A stretch of 64,000 nucleotides of DNA, taken from assembly GCA_965209155.1 (NCBI GenBank), contig OZ242383.1:4128001-4192000 (forward strand), read 5' to 3'. Numbering within the stretch: position 1 is the stretch's first letter; every line of letters begins with the position of its first letter. The position numbers and the translations under genes are program-made. Source of the DNA: a bacterium. Lineage in GTDB: Bacteria; SAR324; NAC60-12. The notes below the pieces were generated by a model. That model saw nothing but the letters and a program-made list of their open reading frames with translations, ran no database searches and was not told the DNA's origin. Shown here piece by piece: positions 1-10,726 of this stretch.

Positions 1-1100
1 CCACATTCAGTGCAAGCATCGGCGAAATTACTGGAAAACCAGGGGCTGACCGGATTAAACATGTTGTAGCGATAACGGACGAACCGCTGCATATCATAGG
101 TTTTCCACATATTGCGAAAACGAAGCACCTCCGGAATATTGATCGATTCGGGACAAGGGAGGCACTCATGGCAGTGAGTACAGTATTCTCGACCCTTCCG
201 ACGAAAATCGTCACTTGCCTGATCGACAAGCGTTTTGATCAGGGCAAAGCTGGAATCCGGCGACGCATCGTCCTCTATTGCCGGAGCAATGGACGCAAGG
301 TGACTATCAATGTGTTCCAATTCACTGGCACCCAAACTGAGTGTATGGATTTGTGGATGAGACAGGCAGAAACGGTCATTGAAATTCATGGCTGAGAGGG
401 GATGGGTCAAATTCAATAATTTTTGAGGAGGGTGGAACAATTGTCCTCCTTTGTCGTTGGGAGAAATGATAAACACTCCCATATCCCGGGCAGCCGCTTC
501 CACGATGGCCGGCCAATTGTACTGAAAAAAATAATAGTAGTGAAGATTGATGGACTCAAAAACCCCAGTGCGGATTGTTTTCAAAATGACGGGCAGCTTG
601 CCGTGGGTGCTGAACCCCACATGCCGGATCAATCCTTCCTCTACCGCATCTTGTACTGCCTGCAAGCATCCGTTTTTTTGAAATATGCCCTCAATGTCTT
701 CCTCCTGGTTGATCCCATGAAAATCGAAATTATCAATCACGTCCAACTGCAACCGTTCCAGTGAATCTTCAATGCATTCCCGCATTTTCTTATAACCGGG
801 CATCGGTCTGATTTTTGTGGTGAAGAGGAGACGACGCCGCAACTGCGATTTGGTTTCGTCCGGTTTGCCCAACTGGGGCCATATTTTGCCGTAAATTCTT
901 TCACTGCGTCCATAATCCCGAGCGGTTTCAAAGTGGTGAATCCCCACATCCAGGGCATATTGGCTCACATCCAGGGCATGTTGCAGGGTCTCGTCAGGGA
1001 GGACGTCATGAGGTCCGGCCCATCCGTGAATAAAGCGCATACCTCCCAGCGTGAAAACCGGAAGTTGCAATTCGGTTTTTCCAAAACGACGATAGAGCAT
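1..1100 (-). CDS. Aldo/keto reductase family oxidoreductase with C-terminal 4Fe-4S motifs (3' end runs off the window)
   Basis: Not in the ORF track. Manual translation from ATG 1100 gives MLYRRFGKTELQLPVFTLGGMRF...GIHHFETARDYG, with C-terminal YCTHCHECLPCP...CTECG. Confidence 0.85.
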   Translation of the reverse strand, partial: MLYRRFGKTELQLPVFTLGGMRFIHGWAGPHDVLPDETLQHALDVSQYALDVGIHHFETARDYGRSERIYGKIWPQLGKPDETKSQLRRRLLFTTKIRPMPGYKKMRECIEDSLERLQLDVIDNFDFHGINQEEDIEGIFQKNGCLQAVQDAVEEGLIRHVGFSTHGKLPVILKTIRTGVFESINLHYYYFFQYNWPAIVEAAARDMGVFIISPNDKGGQLFHPPQKLLNLTHPLSAMNFNDRFCLSHPQIHTLSLGASELEHIDSHLASIAPAIEDDASPDSSFALIKTLVDQASDDFRRKGREYCTHCHECLPCPESINIPEVLRFRNMWKTYDMQRFVRYRYNMFNPVSPWFSSNFADACTEC

Positions 1101-1325
1101 CCAACGATTTCCTTCCTGCCAGAATTGATTTTTTCAGAAAAAATGATATTATTAACTCTTAGCAAACAACCCTTGATTTTTAAATTTTTATTTTTCCCGG
1201 ACTGACCCGGAATCAAGAGGCGGACCAGGTTTTGAGGTTTCTGAGACTCGGATCCGGTGCAAGATATCAAATCTTGGATAGAATGACATTCATTCCACGC
1301 AAATATTTTTTTAACAAGCTAATTT

Positions 1326-2300
1326 ATGTTCGAGCCATTTGAATTACTAAATCTACGTTTTAAAAACAGCATCCTTTTTCCTCCCAACAAAGAGAACCAA
1401 GCCAACGTTGACGGCTCGGTCAATCGATCGATGATCCGTTATTACCTTGACCAGGCAATTCAAGGTATGGGGGCCATCATTCTGGAATCCGCCTACGTGC
1501 ATAAGCATGGACGCAATCATGTTTCTCAGTTGGGTATTTCAGAAGAAAAGCATCTCCAAGGACTGTCGAGATTGATCGGCGTCCTCAAGCAGGAAGGGGT
1601 GGTCGTTGGAATCAGACTGGCTCATGCGGGTGCCAAAACCTCCAATGAGATTTGTGGCGAGCAACCGATCGCTCCTTCGGTGATCAACATGGGGAAGGAT
1701 TTTAGCGTGAGTCGTGAGTTCGACCGCGGGGATTGTGAGGAACTGAAAATGTTTTTCACTCACGCAGCCGAACGGGCCGAAGAAGTCGGGGCTGATTTTG
1801 TCGAAATCAACAGTGCCCAGCAATTTCTTTTGGATCAATGCTTATCTATACGATTCAATGATCGTGATGACGAATACGGTCCCCATTCTATTTCTTCGCG
1901 TCTGAAATTGAGTTTGGACGTGATCCGCTCCGTCCGAAAGCGTATCTCCAGATATATTCCCATCAGCTTCTATTTTTCCATTCATGATAAGTTGGAAGAT
2001 GGTTTGACGGCTCAGGAATTGAAAACCATGATTCAACTCCTGGAAGAGAGTGGAACCGAGATTTTTCACCCCACCACCCTGCATACCATGAATAAATGTC
2101 TGGATAGCAACGAATCTTTAATCGAATGGGTTGCCAAATTTACCAACAAAGCCATAGTTGCCGAGGGAAACATCAAATCTCCTCAATTACTCAAGGATGC
2201 GTATGGTGTTCACAAAGCACACCTCTATGCTCTGGACCAAGCTATCTTTTCCCGTCCTCAGTGGTATCAATTTCTCACTCATAAGTTCATAGACCGGTAA
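1326..2300 (+). CDS. NADH:flavin oxidoreductase / Old Yellow Enzyme-fold protein (divergent active site)
   Basis: N-terminus MFEPFELLNLRFKNSI, LAHAG, AAERAEEVGADFVEI, NDRDDEYG motifs. Confidence 0.75.
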   Translation: MFEPFELLNLRFKNSILFPPNKENQANVDGSVNRSMIRYYLDQAIQGMGAIILESAYVHKHGRNHVSQLGISEEKHLQGLSRLIGVLKQEGVVVGIRLAHAGAKTSNEICGEQPIAPSVINMGKDFSVSREFDRGDCEELKMFFTHAAERAEEVGADFVEINSAQQFLLDQCLSIRFNDRDDEYGPHSISSRLKLSLDVIRSVRKRISRYIPISFYFSIHDKLEDGLTAQELKTMIQLLEESGTEIFHPTTLHTMNKCLDSNESLIEWVAKFTNKAIVAEGNIKSPQLLKDAYGVHKAHLYALDQAIFSRPQWYQFLTHKFIDR

Positions 2301-3112
2301 CACCAAGAGATATATAACGCTACGGCAAGGGTGTAATTAAAAGTGAGGGGCATCTCATTAAGCTCTTTGTAGTTGTTGCCAATAACAATCCCATTTTCCA
2401 TTGGCTCTTGCCACCCTGAGTTGAATCATCTGATCGGCATGTTGTTTTTTCCACCAAGCGCCAGGGAGTTTGAGCCGTTTTTGGATGAGGGAACGATGGG
2501 CGCTTTCAATTTTTCCAGAGCCGATAGGGAGTTGTTGATCAATAGCTGTTTTGTATTCAAACTGTCCGGGACGATTTTTCATGTAACGTACCAAAGCGCG
2601 AATGGGGGCCTGTTCATTGGGAATAGATTCGGATTCTTGCCTGGATTTAAACTGCTCTAACACGTTGGCTGCTCCTCCTTTTTTCATGGTTTGCTTCTGT
2701 TTTTTCAGGGCCGCTGAGCCGTCTTCAAAAGCGGCTTGGCAGGCTGCACCAAGATAATCACAGAGATGATAAAAATCAATGAGATAGTTCGCCTGAGCGC
2801 CAAAATGAGTTTCGATTTTTTCACAGATCCAAGGGGCTCCATCCCCTAAAGCATGAATCTTCGTCTGCTTTCCCAGTCCCGCTTCAAGAGCGACCTCTTT
2901 CATCTGAAAACCCGCTTCATCTCTACCGTTCAAGGTTCCAGCATAAATGGGGTCGACACTTCCTCGAGCATAAGCTAAGGAGGTAATCCCTTCTTTCCAA
3001 CTCACTTGACGCGTTTTTCTGCGATCCCCCGTAAATGTAGAGTCTGCCGTCTCTACCAGAGGCACCATGGTGCCATCACTTTCCAAAATCACCACCCCCA
3101 CCCCACTGGGCT

Positions 3113-4501
3113 GAGTTATAGTCAAATTCTGGGGATGGCAATTCAGGCGGCGATCCTGTATTGAGGAATTCCATCGACAAATTGTACTCCCTCTATCACT
3201 TCGGCTAATCGTTTAAATCCGTGTAATCGGATCCAATTTTTCTGAGCGGATTCCATTAATTTGAATGCCATCGTCAAGACGGTATTTCTTGAGAAACAAC
3301 CTCTGACTTTGGCAGTTCTCAGTTTGACAGTAGCGAAGGTGGATTCAATGGGATTGCTCGTTCTCAAATGCCTCCAATGCTCTGCCGGGAAATCATAGAA
3401 GGCCATCAAGGTCTCCTGATCTTTAATCAAGCAGTGAGTGGCTTTAGGATATTTCGCCTCATACATGTCAACAAAATGCTTTAAGGCTTTGAAAGCTTCC
3501 TCTTTGCTGCTGGCCATCCAAATTTGATGGAGACGATCCTTGGCTTTATGATGCTCCCTTTTTGGTAAATAGTTGAGAATGTTTCCCGTTTTGTGCATCC
3601 AACAACGCTGCTCTTTGCTCTGAGGATAGACTTTTTTCAAAGCTTTCCAAAATCCCATCGCTCCGTCTCCCACAGCGATTTTAGGGGCCTCAGTCAATCC
3701 CCGGTGCTTCAGATCCATCAGCAGTTCCCTCCAGGATTGCTCACTTTCCCGGTAGCCATCTTCCAAGGCAACGAGCTCTTTATCTCCATTTTCTGTTGCC
3801 CCCACAATCACCAAGAGGCATTGTTTATCTTTATCCATTCTCACATTGCAATACACGCCATCGACCCAGAGATAAACATAATGACTCTGGGAGAGATCCC
3901 GTTGTTTCCAGGCTTTCCAATCCTCATACCAGCTTGATTTAAGACGGCTCACTGTCGCTGAAGACAAGCCCGCCGCTCTTTTACCTAAAATCGCTGCGAG
4001 CGCCTCCTGAAAGCCACCAGTGGAAATCCCTTTCAGATACAGCCAGGGAATCAGGGCTTCAATACTTTTACTTTTCCTCAGATAAGGGGGGATCAACTTG
4101 GAAGAAAATCGAATCCTTTCCTCTGATGAGGTGCTTTGACGATCTTTACTCCGCGGAACTTTCACGGATATAGAACCAATTCCCGTCTGAATCTCCCGAT
4201 CTTGATGATAACCATGACGAACCACTCGCTGACGTCCATCCGAGAGTCGATAGGACTGATATTCCTTCATGAATATTTCCATCTCCAATTCCAACGCTTC
4301 AGAAAGTATCTTCCTGGCTTTCACTCTCAAAAGTTCACTCAAATGATCTTCAATAATTTGCTCTGGCTTCTCCAGATCAATCACGTTATAGTTGCTCATC
4401 GGCGTATCCTTTCTTTGATGTAATTCTATTTATTTTAAATTCCCATCAATAGGATACGCCACCTTCAAATTTAGTCCATCCCCAACTTTCGACTATATCT
4501 C
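3113..4501 (-). mobile_element. IS256-family insertion sequence (1389 bp)
   Basis: Imperfect IRs GAGTTATAGTCAAATTCTGGGGATGG / GAGATATAGTCGAAAGTTGGGGATGG. 9-bp TSD CACTGGGCT at 3104-3112 and 4502-4510. Confidence 0.92.
3143..4399 (-). CDS. IS256-family transposase
   Basis: 418 aa. YLWVDGVY, AVGDGAMGFW, QRCWMHK, LRTSNPIES motifs. Confidence 0.95.
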   Translation of the reverse strand: MSNYNVIDLEKPEQIIEDHLSELLRVKARKILSEALELEMEIFMKEYQSYRLSDGRQRVVRHGYHQDREIQTGIGSISVKVPRSKDRQSTSSEERIRFSSKLIPPYLRKSKSIEALIPWLYLKGISTGGFQEALAAILGKRAAGLSSATVSRLKSSWYEDWKAWKQRDLSQSHYVYLWVDGVYCNVRMDKDKQCLLVIVGATENGDKELVALEDGYRESEQSWRELLMDLKHRGLTEAPKIAVGDGAMGFWKALKKVYPQSKEQRCWMHKTGNILNYLPKREHHKAKDRLHQIWMASSKEEAFKALKHFVDMYEAKYPKATHCLIKDQETLMAFYDFPAEHWRHLRTSNPIESTFATVKLRTAKVRGCFSRNTVLTMAFKLMESAQKNWIRLHGFKRLAEVIEGVQFVDGIPQYRIAA

Positions 4502-5344
4502 CACTGGGCTCCCTGCTAGACGGCTGCTCTTCTTTCAGGGAGAAGCATCTCTGACTGTGATGGAGGGTTCGTGCTCGGATACTGCTGGAAGGAACGTCAA
4601 TGCCATAATGCTCCTTGAGTTTCTGGCTCGCTGCTGCAAAGGAGACATCGGCACCAAAATCCACCATCGCTCGCTGCAGAGGCTTTGAATAACCCTGGCA
4701 CTGAACGCCAATCGAGGCACTCAAGGGTCTCTGTCTTTTTCCTCGCCGTCCTTCCCGGAAAACAAGTTCTTCGATTCCAATGGCACCAAAGGTACTGTAC
4801 CAATACAGTTTTTTTTACCATCTCGGATCAGATCCGCTTTTTGACAAGACTCTGCTTCTTTTATATCGGACTGATGGCCCAACCAGCCTTGAAGCACTTC
4901 CTGACCCAATTTACGCACTTCTTCAATCGCCCGCCTCTCAGCCTCATCGGCTGTTTGGCAACTCCCATCGTCATTTTCGATAATCCCCAGAATGGATTCC
5001 ATCCGACGGCGAAGGTGTGGATACTTCGACAGCCGTTCTTCTAATGAAAGAGATGACTCGTCACCCTCCCTTAGTTCCGAGTAACTCAAGTATTTAGACA
5101 TTTTCAACTCCTGTTTGAAGGTCAATCATTCGAAATCCCCCCACTTTCAATATACTTTGAGCACTTGTCCAGCTGTTTCTCTCTGCCCCTCACTTTTAAT
5201 TACACCCCTACGGCAAAACAAGTTGGCTTGTGTGATTAATTGCTGCTATAAAGAAGGGTTGAACAGAATCTTCCTGCAGGCGAGTTTACCCATTTTTCCG
5301 AGCTCAAGCGCATAACAAATCAACACCGTACAAGAAAGGTCAAC

Positions 5345-5536
5345 ATGGCAATGATATGTCAAATTTGTGGTAAGAAGCCATTGGTGGGCAACCTCGTCAG
5401 TCATGCTCACAATAAAACAAAGCGGCGCTGGTTGCCCAATTTACAAAGGGTTCGGATGTCCAAGGGAGGGGGTCGGAAAAAGATGCGTGTCTGTACCCAG
5501 TGCATTCGTTCAGGAAAAACGCTGGTCGCAACTTGA
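5345..5536 (+). CDS. rpmB: 50S ribosomal protein L28
   Basis: [30 protein letters not shown]...VCTQCIRSG. Confidence 0.97.
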   Translation: MAMICQICGKKPLVGNLVSHAHNKTKRRWLPNLQRVRMSKGGGRKKMRVCTQCIRSGKTLVAT

Positions 5537-5575
5537 CGTACTCGTGAGTCAGATTGCTACTCTAAAAATGCGAAC

Positions 5576-6415
5576 ATGACCGAATTCAACTATCTTTCCA
5601 TATTGACGCTAGGCCCGGCAGGTACTTTCAGCGACGAAGCGGCAAAAAAGATTTGTTCACCGGCTTCAATTATCACCTATACGCATACTTTTGCGGAAGC
5701 ATTGTTCATGCTTTCCAGAGTACCTCAATCCGTTGCGGTCGTTCCTATTGAAAATTCAGTAGCGGGCATCGTAGATCAGGTGCAGGATTTACTGGTCAGT
5801 GGCAACCTGAACGTCGTCGCCGAAATCAAACTGCCCGTTCGCTACGCCCTTTTGGTTCATGGCCGCTTGAAAGAAGTCAGCACGCACTTCGCCCATCCTC
5901 AGGCCATTGAACAAACCAGTAAATATGCTGCCCGACATTTCCCGCAATCCAAAGTGGTATTCAGTAACAGCAATGTCGATTCCGGAGTACGTTTTTTTGA
6001 ATCGGTTCACCAGAACCGGTCAGTTGCCGCCATAGTCCCTGTTTCATTTGCAGAAAAATATCCGGAATTTTTATTCGAAAAAGACATTCAAGACTACAAA
6101 AGCAATACAACCCGGTTTCTGGTAGTGGAAACGGGTAACGACGAGTCGAAATTCGACTACAGCCGACAAAAAACATCTCTATTCATCGAGTTCAAAGAAG
6201 ATCGGGCTGGTTTGTTGTATGAACTGCTCAGCATATTTAATCGATTCAATATCAATCTCAGTCGTTTGGAATCGAGGCCGTCGAAAGAAACACCGTGGTT
6301 TTACGTATTTTATGTCGACTTTACAAACAATCAATATTCGCAACAATGTCTGGAGGAACTTCAAAATTCTCCTTTTAAGTGCAAGATTTTGGGTAGTTAC
6401 AGCTTGATTGCCTGA
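5576..6415 (+). CDS. pheA: Prephenate dehydratase with C-terminal ACT domain
   Basis: LGPAGTFS, VPIENS, HPQAIEQ, NTTRFLVV, LSRLESRP. No chorismate mutase domain seen. Confidence 0.9.
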   Translation: MTEFNYLSILTLGPAGTFSDEAAKKICSPASIITYTHTFAEALFMLSRVPQSVAVVPIENSVAGIVDQVQDLLVSGNLNVVAEIKLPVRYALLVHGRLKEVSTHFAHPQAIEQTSKYAARHFPQSKVVFSNSNVDSGVRFFESVHQNRSVAAIVPVSFAEKYPEFLFEKDIQDYKSNTTRFLVVETGNDESKFDYSRQKTSLFIEFKEDRAGLLYELLSIFNRFNINLSRLESRPSKETPWFYVFYVDFTNNQYSQQCLEELQNSPFKCKILGSYSLIA

Positions 6416-6441
6416 AGCTGGCCTTATTTCCGTTCAAAGTA

Positions 6442-7368
6442 ATGATGTGGTGTCCAAGCTGGTATTCAGCAGGTGTTGTTCTTTTTTTTTTCATTAATAC
6501 TCCTGCTTACCCGCAATCCATTTCCCGAGTCCCTTCTGCAGGCACTCCAACAAGCTCTCCGCACGATCAAGCCACTGCGCATGATCCCTTGCGGACTTGT
6601 GTCCCAACGCCGCAACATTCCCGCGAAACGGAACTCTATCAAAAACGTCTTGAAGAGTATTTAAAAGCAAGGAGGGAGTCTCCCCAAAACGCGGAAGTCC
6701 ATTACAACCTGGGTATGCTGTATTCACGTCTTCAGCAATGGGATGAGGCTCAAAAATCTTTTTTTCAGGCATTGAATCATGATCGGGATCAAAAGAGGGT
6801 CGCACGCATTTATTTCCAACTGGGAAATGTTTTCGCCTGTCAACGTCAGTTTGAAAAGGCCATTGTCCAATACAAACAATCCCTGCGTATGGAGCCACAA
6901 GATACCGACACACAGCACAATCTGGCACTAAGCCAACTCCTTGCCAAACAGCAACAACGGGAACAAGAGCAACAATCCAGGGGCAATTCCGACGAAAATG
7001 GTGAGAAAAATGAATCTCAACAACTTCCCAGCCCTACGAACGATCAACCCGAATCGTACCCCGAACAACCTCCAACAGAAAAACCACAGGAAAAAGAAAA
7101 TTCACAACAGAACCAAGAGGGAAATTCCCGTCAAGAATCCGACGCGCAACAAGAAAGACCATCAGGGGGAAAAAACTCTTCCGAAGAAGAGTCTGTTCAA
7201 TCTGAAGAGAACGGTGGTAGAACGGAGGAGGACACCATACAAGCTGCTATGACTCGTCAGCAGGCAGCGCAATTGCTCAACTCGGTTTACGAAGACCGGC
7301 GACGATTCATAAAAAATTTTATTGATCGTCAAACGCAAGCACCGACTCCCAGCGAAAAAAACTGGTAG
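6442..7368 (+). CDS. TPR protein with Q/E-rich tail (BatC-like)
   Basis: TPR motifs HYNLGMLY, YFQLGNVF, QHNLAL. Low-complexity linker, then QAAQLL and terminal EKNW. Confidence 0.7.
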   Translation: MMWCPSWYSAGVVLFFFINTPAYPQSISRVPSAGTPTSSPHDQATAHDPLRTCVPTPQHSRETELYQKRLEEYLKARRESPQNAEVHYNLGMLYSRLQQWDEAQKSFFQALNHDRDQKRVARIYFQLGNVFACQRQFEKAIVQYKQSLRMEPQDTDTQHNLALSQLLAKQQQREQEQQSRGNSDENGEKNESQQLPSPTNDQPESYPEQPPTEKPQEKENSQQNQEGNSRQESDAQQERPSGGKNSSEEESVQSEENGGRTEEDTIQAAMTRQQAAQLLNSVYEDRRRFIKNFIDRQTQAPTPSEKNW

Positions 7369-7415
7369 AACGAGGGTGAAAGTGGAGAGTACCGGCTAAT
7401 TTTGGTAAAATTTTC

Positions 7416-8780
7416 TCAACACACTTCCGCTTCCAGTGAAAATTTTTTAGCACCGGTGATACGGACTTTCACCAAATCACCTACATGCGCATCGCTTTCC
7501 GTAATCACTACGGAATGGTGGCCTCGGGAACGCCCGGAACGTGAACCAGGTTCTCGGGGATAGAATCCTTCTACCAACACTTCCATCTCACTTCCCACCA
7601 TCTCTTTGTGCTTTTCCGCTAGAATGGACTCCTGAATCTTCAAAAGGCGTCCCAAGCGTTCGTTCTTCACGGACTCTTCTAATTGTTCTGAGTATGCAGC
7701 TGCAGGGGTACCAGGTCGCGGGGAGTATTTAAAAGCATAGACCTGATCAAAACGAATGGATTCCACAGCTTCCATCGTTTTTGCGAAATCAGCTTCCGTC
7801 TCTCCCGGAAAGCCGGCAATCAAGTCGGTTGAAAGGGTGGCCTGTGGTACGTGGCTGCGCAAAAGTTGCACTTTTTCCAAATAATCATCAAGGGTGTAAC
7901 GTCTTTTCATACGCTTGAGAATATGATCCGAACCCGCTTGCAAAGGCAAATGGAGTTGTTCACAGACTGCATCCAATTCCCTCAATGCCTGCGCCAGAGA
8001 TTTGTTGAAGTCCTTGGGGTGCGGAGAGGTGAATCGTATTCGTTCCAAGCCTTCAATATCATTCAAGCGACGTAGCAATTCCACAAAATCCACCACTTCA
8101 CCTCTCACGCCATTTGCTTTGTAAGAATTGACATTCTGTCCCAATAAGCAAATTTCCTTGGTTCCCCGATCGACCAAATGGGCGGCTTCCTGAAGAATAT
8201 TTTCCGGTTTCCGACTCACTTCCAAACCTCGGGTGAGCGGCACAATACAAAAACTGCAAAAGTTATTGCAACCTTTAGTGATGGCAATGAATGCTTTCAC
8301 ACCAGGCTGCGAAACATTTTCGAAGCTGAAATCGGGAATGAAATTTCGAACTTTTTGTTTAGGGGCTTTGCGTGAGGTTTGAACAACCCGCTTTCCCTGA
8401 CGCACTGCCTGCAAAAGTTCTGGTAAATCAAAGAGATTGTCCGTACCAAAGACCATGTCGACATTTCGGGCGCGTTGCAGAATTTTTCCCCCTTCCTGTT
8501 GAGCCACGCATCCCCCTACTCCAATGATCACCTGGGGATTCTTTTTTTTCAATGGTTGAAGCCTGCCCAGCAGACTATAAACTTTCTGTTCGGCTTTCTC
8601 TCGCACCGAACAGGTATTTAAAATGATCAAATCCGCCTCCTGGTAATTGTCCGAATAAGCGTAATTTTCCCGGTGCAGGACTTCCAGCATTTTATCGGTG
8701 TCATATTCATTCATCTGACAACCAAAGGTCTGAATATTGACTTTCTTTGGTGAGGGGACTGATTTTTTGGCGGTGGTCAT
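7416..8780 (-). CDS. miaB: tRNA-2-methylthio-N6-dimethylallyladenosine synthase
   Basis: TFGCQMNEYD, NTCSVREKAE, GCVAQ, radical SAM motif CNNFCSFC, C-terminal TRAM domain. Confidence 0.95.
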   Translation of the reverse strand: MTTAKKSVPSPKKVNIQTFGCQMNEYDTDKMLEVLHRENYAYSDNYQEADLIILNTCSVREKAEQKVYSLLGRLQPLKKKNPQVIIGVGGCVAQQEGGKILQRARNVDMVFGTDNLFDLPELLQAVRQGKRVVQTSRKAPKQKVRNFIPDFSFENVSQPGVKAFIAITKGCNNFCSFCIVPLTRGLEVSRKPENILQEAAHLVDRGTKEICLLGQNVNSYKANGVRGEVVDFVELLRRLNDIEGLERIRFTSPHPKDFNKSLAQALRELDAVCEQLHLPLQAGSDHILKRMKRRYTLDDYLEKVQLLRSHVPQATLSTDLIAGFPGETEADFAKTMEAVESIRFDQVYAFKYSPRPGTPAAAYSEQLEESVKNERLGRLLKIQESILAEKHKEMVGSEMEVLVEGFYPREPGSRSGRSRGHHSVVITESDAHVGDLVKVRITGAKKFSLEAEVC

Positions 8781-8925
8781 AAATCTAAGCTGAGCGTAAT
8801 TTTGTCGAGTTGAAGATCCGACTGGAATGTGTTTTCCTCCAGCTTGTACCTCTTTTAAAATGGAGTTAAAAGGAGTATATCATACAATTAGAATGGTATG
8901 AGGGCAATCCTTAAAACGTTAAAAT

Positions 8926-9861
8926 ATGAAAGTTATATTTATGGGAACCCCACAAGAGGCGATTCCGTCGCTTCAAGCCCTGATTGATTTTCCGGATTGT
9001 TCCATCCAAACGGTTTACACCCAAGGAGACCGTCCCTCGGGACGTCGAAAAACACTCGCACCTTCTCCTGTGAAGGTCCATGCTCTGCGAGCAGGTATTC
9101 CAGTCAAGTCCCCACACACCTTAAAAGATTCAGAAGTTCTTAATGAACTGAAACAAATGGAAATTGATTTGATCATTGTTTGCGCCTACGGACAACTTTT
9201 GCCACAAGCCTTATTGGATATCCCTGCCAAAGGTTGTTTCAATTTACATTTTTCACTTCTCCCACGTTGGCGAGGTGCCAGTCCGGTGCAATCAGCAATC
9301 CGGGCGGGTGATCGAGAAACGGGAGTTTCCCTGCAAAAAATAGTGCTGAAATTGGATGCAGGGCCGCTTGTGGCCCTTTCTCAAAGAGAAAGAATCCTGG
9401 ATACGGACACTTACTTTTCCCTGGTCAACAGACTCAGCCAGCTTTCTGCAAAGTTACTGAATGATTCTTTGCCCGAGATCTTTGACCAATCTCATACCTT
9501 GGAGGACCAGGATGAAACAGCCGTTACTCTTTGCAAAACCATAAAAAAAGAAGAAGGGTGTATCCACTGGGCTTTGGAAACAGCGATTGAGATGGAACGC
9601 AAATTGCGTGCGTTCACTCCATGGCCTGGCATTTTTACTTTCGACGAACAAGGTCGCAGATTGCAGATCACCCAATTGGAAGTCGTCACCGACTGTTCCT
9701 TGCCCCCGGGTCTCGTACAACCGGGATTTTTAGTAGGAACGGCGCACGAGGCAGTGCGAGTGTTATCCCTCAAACCCGAGGGAAAAAAGAAGATGACTGC
9801 CGTTGAGTTTATACGAGGACATCCCCGGTTAGTCGGCACCAACCTGGGAAGGTCAGATTAG
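8926..9861 (+). CDS. fmt: Methionyl-tRNA formyltransferase
   Basis: IFMGTP, AYGQLLP, NLHFSLLPRWRGASPVQ, LDAG, RAFTPWPG. Confidence 0.96.
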   Translation: MKVIFMGTPQEAIPSLQALIDFPDCSIQTVYTQGDRPSGRRKTLAPSPVKVHALRAGIPVKSPHTLKDSEVLNELKQMEIDLIIVCAYGQLLPQALLDIPAKGCFNLHFSLLPRWRGASPVQSAIRAGDRETGVSLQKIVLKLDAGPLVALSQRERILDTDTYFSLVNRLSQLSAKLLNDSLPEIFDQSHTLEDQDETAVTLCKTIKKEEGCIHWALETAIEMERKLRAFTPWPGIFTFDEQGRRLQITQLEVVTDCSLPPGLVQPGFLVGTAHEAVRVLSLKPEGKKKMTAVEFIRGHPRLVGTNLGRSD

Positions 9862-10062
9862 ATTGAATCAATACTCTCCAATTTTCAATGAATCAGCTTG
9901 AATCTTCCAAAGCAAACGTTTAAAGCTCAATTTCACTGCAAGCTTGGAAAGAAAGGAGATTTCTTATGAAAGAATCAATTGTTCTTCCATACTGTTCAAA
10001 TAAACATTCAATTCCAATGCGCTTTATTTGTAATTATCCAATTCAGTCGAATTCAGAAAGCA

Positions 10063-10584
10063 ATGACAGAGTTGAACCCTTATACGAGAGCCATGGGCAC
10101 TGTTCTGGAAAAATTAAATCGTTCTTTTGGCGAAGCCGCCCAGGATGGAGCTTTGGTGCAATTCTTGTCCAACATGGTGCAAGGACGAATGCTGGATCAT
10201 TTGGTCCACCGGATCAGCCTTTATTATCAAATTGACGATTCACAGTTTGAAAAAGAATTGACGATGATTTTGGTGGAAGTTTTTAGTGATGAATTGTTTT
10301 CCCAGTTTCGTCGTAAAGTAGAAGAAAAACCCATCATCGTGTTTCATATCGCTCAGCGCATCCATGACACCGAAAAAAATGAGGAATTCAATGAGGAACA
10401 CAACGAAAAACGTTCCAATCGTCTATACCTGACAATTCTGCGTCAATACCTGCAATATCATCATATCGACGAAGTCATCGAGACGCTCAATTCAAACCTT
10501 CAGATTCAACAGCTGATATATTTAGCTTCAATCAAAAAGTACCTGCTTTGGCGGCTGACCCTCCCTATTCAGAATCCTCAATAA
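10063..10584 (+). CDS. Hypothetical helical protein
   Basis: Open frame. ATG 10063 chosen over the upstream TTG. No recognised motif. Confidence 0.55.
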   Translation: MTELNPYTRAMGTVLEKLNRSFGEAAQDGALVQFLSNMVQGRMLDHLVHRISLYYQIDDSQFEKELTMILVEVFSDELFSQFRRKVEEKPIIVFHIAQRIHDTEKNEEFNEEHNEKRSNRLYLTILRQYLQYHHIDEVIETLNSNLQIQQLIYLASIKKYLLWRLTLPIQNPQ

Positions 10585-10726
10585 CCTGTTTTTCCCGGAG
10601 AGTATTGAAGCACAGACCGGTTTGGCAGGTCTTTTCAACAACCGTATGATCTGATAATATTAATTAAACGCCGTAATAACAATATGAGGCCAGCAGTCCT
10701 TGCCGGATTTAAAAAAGGGGAACTTA

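Larger units (their letters stand above)
2358..5101 (-). pseudogene. ISKra4-like DDE transposase (frameshifted ORFA/ORFB), split by IS256
   Basis: ORFA starts at 5101; ORFB begins KKLYWYSTFG after an A8 run. The two ORFB pieces rejoin as ...SSREPSG|VGVVILESDG. Motifs: LGDGAPWI, IDFYHL, IGSGKIESAH, RLKLPGAWW. Confidence 0.85.
2329..5207 (-). mobile_element. ISKra4-family-like insertion sequence, interrupted by an IS256 element
   Basis: 24-bp perfect IR GGGTGTAATTAAAAGTGAGGGGCA at both ends. 9-bp TSD CTACGGCAA at 2320-2328 and 5208-5216. Length is 1481 bp once the inner IS and one TSD copy are removed. Confidence 0.9.

Noticed and set aside
945..979. Direct repeat CACATCCAGGGCAT x2
   Set aside because: It lies within the aldo/keto reductase coding frame (HALDV / YALDV); no evidence of a separate function.
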